Positions 38,601-47,600 of a stretch of DNA of 64,000 nucleotides are shown in pieces. The notes beneath the pieces are model-generated. The model saw nothing but the letters and a program-made list of their open reading frames with translations. It searched no databases and was not told the DNA's origin. The stretch spans positions 28,988,912-29,052,911 of the forward strand of contig NC_092675.1 of the NCBI RefSeq assembly GCF_964355755.1, written 5' to 3'. Position 1 is the first letter of the stretch; each line of letters begins with the position of its first letter. This DNA is from Antedon mediterranea. Lineage: Eukaryota > Animalia > Echinodermata. A program made the translations under genes and the position numbers.

Positions 38601-41600
38601 TTATAAAATCACCGTTTATTTCTTAATTTTTAATTTTGTTTACTTACATATTGTTAACATTGAATAAGAAATTTACTACTGTTTGTTTTCAATTTACTTT
38701 TTATTTCATAATTATCAAAATAATTTAGGAGGAATTTTGGTGAATCATATTTGTATGTATTTTATACCAGAATGATATTTAGTAATGTACTTAAGTTATT
38801 TAGTGATGTACTTAAGTGAATTTATTAAGTGTTAATGTAGGGCTCAATTCATTTATCTTTTTTATTATTTTGTTAAATAAGAAAGAAAAAATATTTGTTT
38901 TAACCTAAGAAAGCACTATCCGTGACCTCCACCCCTGTGTTCTTCTTCGTCTGTATGTAGGATGTGTTAGGAAGTCAACCACGCACATTCCGTGAGCTTG
39001 TGCCGGACACTGAAACCGACCAAAGCGTCGGTGCTCAACCCACGTTATTGAATGCAAGTTGTTGTAGATTAGTCTATCATTGTGAATTGAGTGTTCATTT
39101 TTTAATCTCTGCACAAAATTTCTTCACTGATCCCTTACATTAGTTTTAGTAATTTTTTTGAATCTGTATATTAAATTGTTTGCATGATAGATCCATTTCT
39201 AAAACTTGTTTATAGTCAATTTCCAAAGAGTTGCTATTGTGCAGGTGTAGTTACCTCTACCTAATTGATATGCACTATCCTTAATTTGATGGTCAAGGTA
39301 TTCAGTGGCAACTGATATCTAATTTGCACTTTAATATTAAAATCATGATTATCTCTGTAGACACCTGGATGTTTCATCTTGAATCGTTGTCCCTATCTGT
39401 AGCCTATTATTAGCCTTTATTTTTAATATCTTTGTGTTTTTGTCTTGTTTCAAGTCATGTGTTTTCTGCATGTTGTGTATACTGTACATTTTACATTTAA
39501 ACAGAATGAATATGTTGTTTGTTTCAGTCATGCATTGTTTACTTATTTTATTAATCCATTTACTTTGATGCTCTATCATTTAAAATGAATAGTTATAAAT
39601 TCTATCTACTGTATCTGTTTGTTGTATTCAAACTTCCATAAGTTGAATTTTGTTTTAATGCTTGTTTTCTCCTCTCTATGTGTATTTTACAGGTTGTTTG
39701 GTTTGTTTCAACCCTAAAGCTCTGTCCACACTATCAAACTTTATGTGAAAAAAAAAATATGATGTGCCCATATATATCATATATATGGACATGATGTCAC
39801 ATCACTACCATTATTTGGGCACATCACACTTTTTTTGTTAGTGTAGACAGAGCTTTAGTACTTTTATTTTATATATCTTTTAATTCATCACATGTTGCAT
39901 GGAATTTTTCTAATGCATCCTTTTCTTTTCCAAATGATTTCATTCACTTATTTGCATGAGTAATCTTTTGCTAGTTTATAAATTAAAAGTTGAATCTTGT
40001 TTGTTTTTGTAGAATACACCACAAGTTGACGAGGATGGGTATACTATTCGGCCAGACGCTACGGATGATATCCTTTGATTACTGTTTATTTATATTATTT
40101 GTGATAGATTCATTGAAAAAAGAGAAAAATGGGAAAATAAATTTATATTTATAAATACATAAAAATGAATCATCCGGATTGCGGCATATTAATAAATCAA
40201 ATTTGATTCACATTTTTTTTAGAAATCCTGGAATGTTTCAATCAATTGATATTCAATTTCTTTATTTCAACAAATGCACAAACAGAAAAAGATAAAATAA
40301 AAAAAATTCATATAAAACGGTAAATAAGGTTTATTGAAAATAGCGTACGCGACGCATGGTGGAAGGGGTTTGGGAGCAAACATGTACGTACGTGATTTGT
40401 TGTTTGCATGTACGCGTCGTGATGTTTGCTCCCAACCATTCCCATTATGCATTATGCAATGACGTTCCTCGTGAAATCTAGTTATTTGCGATAAACCTTA
40501 TTATTAAAATAGTAAATTAACCGGTTTTGCTTGGTTAGTTACATTGAAAATTGATACATTTTATAAATAATAACACTCCTATTAATGATAGCAACATGTT
40601 TAAAGTGTCATTTATCTTAATTCATTTTATTACATGGATTTAAGCAACAACAAGATACTTTCTTCTCGGAATCTGATTCCGATTCTGACAGTTACGATAA
40701 ACCTCCTCGTAAGATTCATGTTGAAATCAAACCAATAGTACCTGATGGAAATTCAAGCAACACAACGGCGTCAGTGGACGAAATAAAAGCCTCCCTAGCT
40801 AGCGGAAAACTTACTCTGTCGCCAGCTGTAAGTACTCTGGTTATTTTATTATATGGTTTATTAATCTTTATTTTTCATGTTTTTGGGGGACAACATCTTT
40901 AACAATAAATTTACCAAAAATGTATGAATTTGGATAAAATTAGGGAGTGATCTTGTGGTTGGGTTATACTTATACGATGTTAATAATATTAGGGATAACT
41001 GCACTAAAGTTAAATGTAGCTTATACTTTATCTTATATTAAATTCTGTTTTGAATATTTTGATAATTAGATATAGCATTTGTCATAAGAATACATATTCT
41101 GTGCAAAATAATTTTCTTTAAATGTATGAATTTCTTTTCATCACACCAATGGTGATTATGAAATTAGATGGTAACAAGATATTAATACATTCATTAAATT
41201 TCATTTAATACATTTTATATTAATATATTTATGATGAGTAACTTTTATTTCTATTTTGGTTTGCAGATGCGGAGAGATAAATCAAGTAAGTTCAATTCAT
41301 TTATATTCCAGAAAGACAAAACATACATTTAATACATAAAAGATGTAAAAATGGCACCAGTTTGGCGGATTGTAGGAAAGTGATGAATCAAATTACAATA
41401 CATTAAGCTCTGCCTACATTATCGAACTAGTTCAGATAAAAAAAGTGTGATGTGCCCAAATATGGTAGTGATATGACATCATCATGTCAATATATGGACA
41501 CATCACATTTTTTTGTCACATAATGTGTGATAGTATAGACAGAGCTTTAAACAAGGTAGAGAAAACTTTTATGAATTTATTATTTAATTCTCATGTATTT

Positions 41601-44600
41601 TCAATGATTTGATTTATTTTTTTAGATGGTGATATTAAACGAAGAGCACAAATTGGAAGTAGAAGGTTAGAATACTAGATTTTACAATTTTTTAAAAAGA
41701 ATGTCCAAAAGCGTCTTCCTCATTCACATAAATCTTTCATCGACATTGAGAGTGACACTTATGACTAAATGTTATCCAGCTTTTGATAACCAATATTTAA
41801 ATTCATTATCTTGCAGCTCTAATAGTAGTACAAAAAGCAGCAGTGACCTTATGGCCTTTGACCCATTGGGGTCATCACCAGGTGGTACAAGTTTGATGTC
41901 TCATAGTGATACAGGAAGTGGAACATCTCCCACGTCAAGTGAAAGTAAGTACTGTAGATATTAGTTGAACCACTATTTTTTAAATCCATTAAAATGACAA
42001 TGAATGGTTGTTTTTCTAATTAATTTTGAAAATACATAACTTTAGATTGATTTTATGTTCTAGTACCCCTTTCACGTTGCCTAGCAGAAAGTAAAAGTTT
42101 ATATACACACCACAGAAACGCCAAAGTTTACGCCCTAGTGTGTCTAATATAAACTCTGTATTGCTAGTTGATGTGAAAACAGTAAAATCCTTTTTTTTTT
42201 TAATAGAATAATAAGTTTCTTCAAGTTAGACTTTCAGTTGTCAAATTTGTTTTTACAATAAAGTGCAGCAAGAATTAAATAAACATACCATCAAAAGCAG
42301 AAGTCATTAAAACAACTCTTTGTGTTATCAAAACAAACATCTTAATTCATTGCTGGTTTTGTATTTACTTTATAAGATCAATAAAATATAGTTTTGATTT
42401 ATTTTGACACAAATGTAAACTAAATCTTTTATATTGTTATAAGATAGCAACTTTCTGTTCTGTTATTAAATTAGTTGTATTTTTTTACGAATTGAAATGC
42501 AATCATCTTGGTCTTCAATTTGTCGTATTTACCAATCATTCTAAATAAAATATTCTGCTTGAATTAAATAATTGATTAGAAGAGTATGTTTGTTATAAAT
42601 AAGTAAAAGAAAAAAATGCTAAAAAAGGAATGGCATTTCATCTCAATTGTAAATCTCTTTCTACACTATCAAATTTGACAAAAAAATGCGATGTGCCCAT
42701 ATATGGACATGATGATGTCATATCCCTACCATATCTGGGCATATCACTACCATATTTGGGCATATCACTACCATATCTGGGCATATCACTACCATATTTG
42801 GGCACATCAGACTTTTTTTGTCAAACTAATTTGATAGTGTAGACAGAGCTTTAGGTCGTTTTCAAACGCAGTTGAAGATATATAATATACATTGTGATTA
42901 AATTTAAAAGAAAGGAAGAGACAAAACACAGAAAGCTGCAACTGGCCATATTGTGAGCATGGCTGCAGATTGTCTATTGTACTGTGTAGTGAAATAACAA
43001 TGGCCTCAATTAAGCTCTGTCTACACTATCTAACAGGTTTGACAAAAAAAGTGTGATGATGTGCCCAAATATGGTAGTGATATGACATCATCATGTCCAT
43101 ATATGGGCACATCACATTGATAGTGTAGACATAGCTTAAGAGATGTACTTAATAATATGTCTTGATTTGCATAAAATTATATTGTATCTTAACCGTATGT
43201 AAAATGTGCATGTTAATAATCATTGTAGACATTTTAAGCGGAATTGATTTTTCACTCAACCAACTAACACTGCCCTCAAGTTCAACGACTCAGTTTTCTA
43301 GGAGAGGAGACTTGTTCACACGAAGCAAGTGTAAGCATTCTCGATCATTGCCGGATCTTGCTTTTGTTGGGTTTCTAATTTGCAGTTTTTGTAGACTTTT
43401 ACAAGTTTTATAATACTAAACATACTAACAATTCTGCAATATTATCATTTCTTTAAAAATCTTTTTTATTTACCGGTATATCAAACTATGATGTAGATTT
43501 CTGGCTGCTGTTTCTTTTCGTGTAACATAGTTATCAATCAAACAACTTGTAAACATCCACATTTTGGCAGGAATGGGTATCCCAAGGGTACTCAAATGAT
43601 CTCAGCACTTAAGCTGTTTTAAAATTATTTTTTTTGAGTACACAAACAAAATCATTTAAATTTTTAAAAAGATCATTGGCTTGTGCCCCCACTCATTGGC
43701 TTGTGCCGAATGTGTGACAAATTTGTGATAATTATGTTTCTGATAAATGCATACAAATATCTTTGAAATGCGGAACCATTGGTAACCATGTTATGCTATC
43801 TTCAGACTGGCTAAATTAAAGGTTGCATAATTTAAGCAAAGTCTTGTAAAAGAATCGCTTAACTTATGTTACTTTAAGTCATCTGAAGTCTTCTTCTTGT
43901 TTTTCCTATTTTACTTGGTTGCGGTGATTTATTATTGCAGTTGCTCTTGGTTGACGTGCATTTAACCAAATTCATTAAAAATATGGTTATATTATCGGTT
44001 AAAGTATAAATATATTATTGCAATTGGTTTTTGGTTTATTTTATTATATTGTACTTATTCATTTAGACTAAGAATTAATATTATTATCGTGTTTTAAAGA
44101 GTCCCAATCAAATTTGAACTATACCATGAATGACCCAGTCATTTAGTGGTAGAATGTGTTTGCATATCAAGCAGAAGAATCCAGGTTCGAATCCAATCTC
44201 AGATTTTCTCATATTCACTGTTTCAAAATTAATTTCCAGTATATCACTTGGTGGTTTGAAGTTTCTCTTTTGTCAATTTATATATATATTTCTTTTATTC
44301 TAATAAATATAAATTTGAAAATGTAAACACTATTTGCTAGTAGACGGAATGGTATTCAGTCCATCACCTCAACCTGACAAATACGCACGTTCAGCAACGC
44401 CACCTCTACTTCAACCACCGCCTCCATTACCTCAGCGACATTCAGAAAATCGCAATTCACGCAAGTACCCAAATTCCCGTCGCTACGGACGATACATTCC
44501 TACATACTCGACCATGCCGACTAAGAGGCATACGGCACACGGACAACGCCCTCCTGTGGTGCAAAAGATGGCAACGTTATCTAGAAGTCTACAGGATCTG

Positions 44601-47600
44601 AGTAAGCGTGCACGGCATATATACGTATGCTGCTTGTATCGCATGAAAGCACTTGTACCGTGGAATGCATCCAATTACAAAGTGTACTATAATTATACAT
44701 TAGTGTATATCTTTTGACTTGACTATTGTTTATTATTACCAATATGTTATATTCTTGCGAGCAATGGTTAAACAATGTAAACTCTGAATTAATCTTTCTG
44801 TTGTTATTTTTATAGTTTTTGTTCTCTTTATATTTAATCTTCTTGATACAAAGGTAAATCATACTTTTAAAAGTATAACAAAAGAACAGACAAATTTAAA
44901 GTATTTATTTTCTGTTTATTTTTAAATTTATTTTTTTTATGTGACAATAAAAACAAATTGAACATCTCTTATATTTTATTTGATCATATAAAAAGTAAAA
45001 GTGAAACAAGTCATATGATTCACTTTTTTCACAGTTTGTTTTATATTATCATATATTATTCTATTTTGCATAAAAATGATTTTTAATGTTTAGTAGTAAT
45101 TTAAGTAATATAGTTATATATTGCCTTTAGGCTTTTTTACATTTTTTTTAGTTGCTCTATTTTTGCGAAGCTGCTTGTGGGGGTCATAGTTCTTGTAGGA
45201 GGCTTTAACCGACGATGTTATATTATTTACTTATTTCAAAAACCTCCCAATGTAAAATATATAGAAAACTTATCTTTATATCCACATATTATGAAAATGT
45301 TTTCTTATGTAATATTTTAAGAATCTTTATTATTTTAAAAATGTATTTTATATTTATAATATTTAAGCTTCTAACAAGATCAAACAAAGACTAAAGATAA
45401 AATAATTTTTTTGTAAAAGTTGCTTTTGTTAGATATTTAAATTGTACAGTAGTACATTCTAAATACTACCTGCTATTATATAACAGCATTCTTTAGTTTA
45501 ATAATTTGTTATAAGAAAAATATTTCTTCTTTGTTTATGATTTATTTTAATTTTATTAATAAGTTTGATGTGATTAGCATAGCAATGCATCTATTTAATT
45601 TTTAGCATGACAACACTATGGCATGTCTTGTGATTTCTAATATTGACAAAAAATAAGATTTATTGATAGATTTTCCAACCATTTTTCTACACCAGACAAT
45701 GAACAAGACCAACATTTGTTGATACCTTTCCAAAAGGTAGCCATTCCCCCTCTCATCCCCGTTTTTTACAGGATCCACATCTGGGCATTGAGTTCAAATA
45801 ATGGTTTGAAATTATATCGAATGTGTGTTTTGTTGTTGTGACCTATGACCTAAGATTAAGCAAAATAAAAACAAAACATTCTTGAAAATCATTTACTTAC
45901 AATCAAATCTGTATTTACAGGATTTTATATTTATATACATTTTGCATTGTGCATTCATGTACTTGTTATAAAAACATATTCAAAACCAGAACATAAAGTA
46001 TTTTCATTTTTCTCTCTATGCTTATTTATCATTACAGCAAGCAGTGATATATTACAAAGTCCACCCGGTGCAAATGATACTCAGCCTCCGACGTTACCAG
46101 CTAAGAACAGACATAGTGTTGGTGCATCCAGTACATTTAATTCATTACCTCCCCCACCCCCAAGATCTATTTCAAGACCTAGAAGTATTCAGGTACTATA
46201 TTCAAGTTCAATAACATTTTTTTTTTGGTTTACAATAATGGTTGACAACAAGTAAAAATAAGGCGAACAATAGAACAAATATATAAAACATTAAAGAATT
46301 ACTAATACTTATTAGTATAATTTGTACTTAAATCATTTATTATTATTATTATTATTTATTGCCAAAAAACAGTTACAAACAAACAAAAACACAGAAACTA
46401 AGGGAGTAGGCAGGAACCTAAAAGTGAACCTAATCACTATAACAAGAGTTCAGGTTCCGTACTCCCAAAGTAACAACAATGATATAAAATAAACTATATA
46501 AAAATATTTAAATAACAAATAGACGAATCAACAGTGTCAATATAAAATAAACGGATAAAATACATAAAAGTCGATTCAACAAAGTCAATATAAAACATGT
46601 GATTTAAGTGAATTTAAAAATGTTGGAAAACTGTCTAAAATTAAAGAATTAAATCATCTCTTATGTATGTAATCAAGTTTAGATTTTTGCTTTGTAATAT
46701 ATTCATTTTTCAAAAAAAGTTCCCGATTACAACCAATACAATGGCTTTCACTTTAATGAACTTCTTTTAGTGGAAACGTTACGCTCAATATAAATTTGAA
46801 TCTATATTTCATGTGATATCAAAATGGAGTTTTCCTGGGAAGGTTTTAAGCTACTTTTGATACACACCCTGGAAGCAAGTATCTTTCCTATTGCAACATA
46901 ACATTTTGAGTACTAGGTGTGTCTGTCTCATTACATGAGATGTTTATTTATGTTTATATTATGACAGACTCAACATAAACTTTCCCTCTATTTTGCTTTT
47001 GCTATCATTATCTACAGTCTCCTAGCCCAGCCTTCAATGAACCACCTATGCTCCTTCCACATCAAGACAGCAATTCATCCCTGACCGGCCTGGGATCATT
47101 CAATTCATCACCAGCTATCGGCATGTCACGTGGGCCTAGCCCGCTCACACTTGGCATGTCAGATACTATACCAATAGCAGCAGCCTTTATAGAAACAGTA
47201 AATGCATATTTTAAAGGAAAAGATCAAACAAAGTAAGTTATGATTATTGATTTAAAATGTTACAATTCAATTCAGTATAAAACTATATTATCCCAAACTC
47301 CGGGGAAATTTGGTTGTGGTATACAAAGATTTATAAAACGTTTAAAAAGCACATCATTGAAGCTTTATGTGGAAATGTATATTTTTTTTGTAGCAATTTA
47401 CTATAATTGTATAGAATAATATATAGTTTGTATAGATTTTATAACAAACCAAATGTTATGCCTTTTGATATGTTTTTTTACTATTTTTATCTTCTTCTTT
47501 GAAGTCTGTTGTTATTGCCTTGTTTTGCCCTGCATATGCTTGGTCCTCCAAGCTGTGACCTGTGACCTGTGACCATTCTTATGTATTTTATTTGAAATAA

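Noticed and set aside
45696-45803. Possible extra FCHO exon after CCAG at 45695
   Set aside because: Only one weak frame-preserving donor, atypical hydrophobic translation, not needed for frame.
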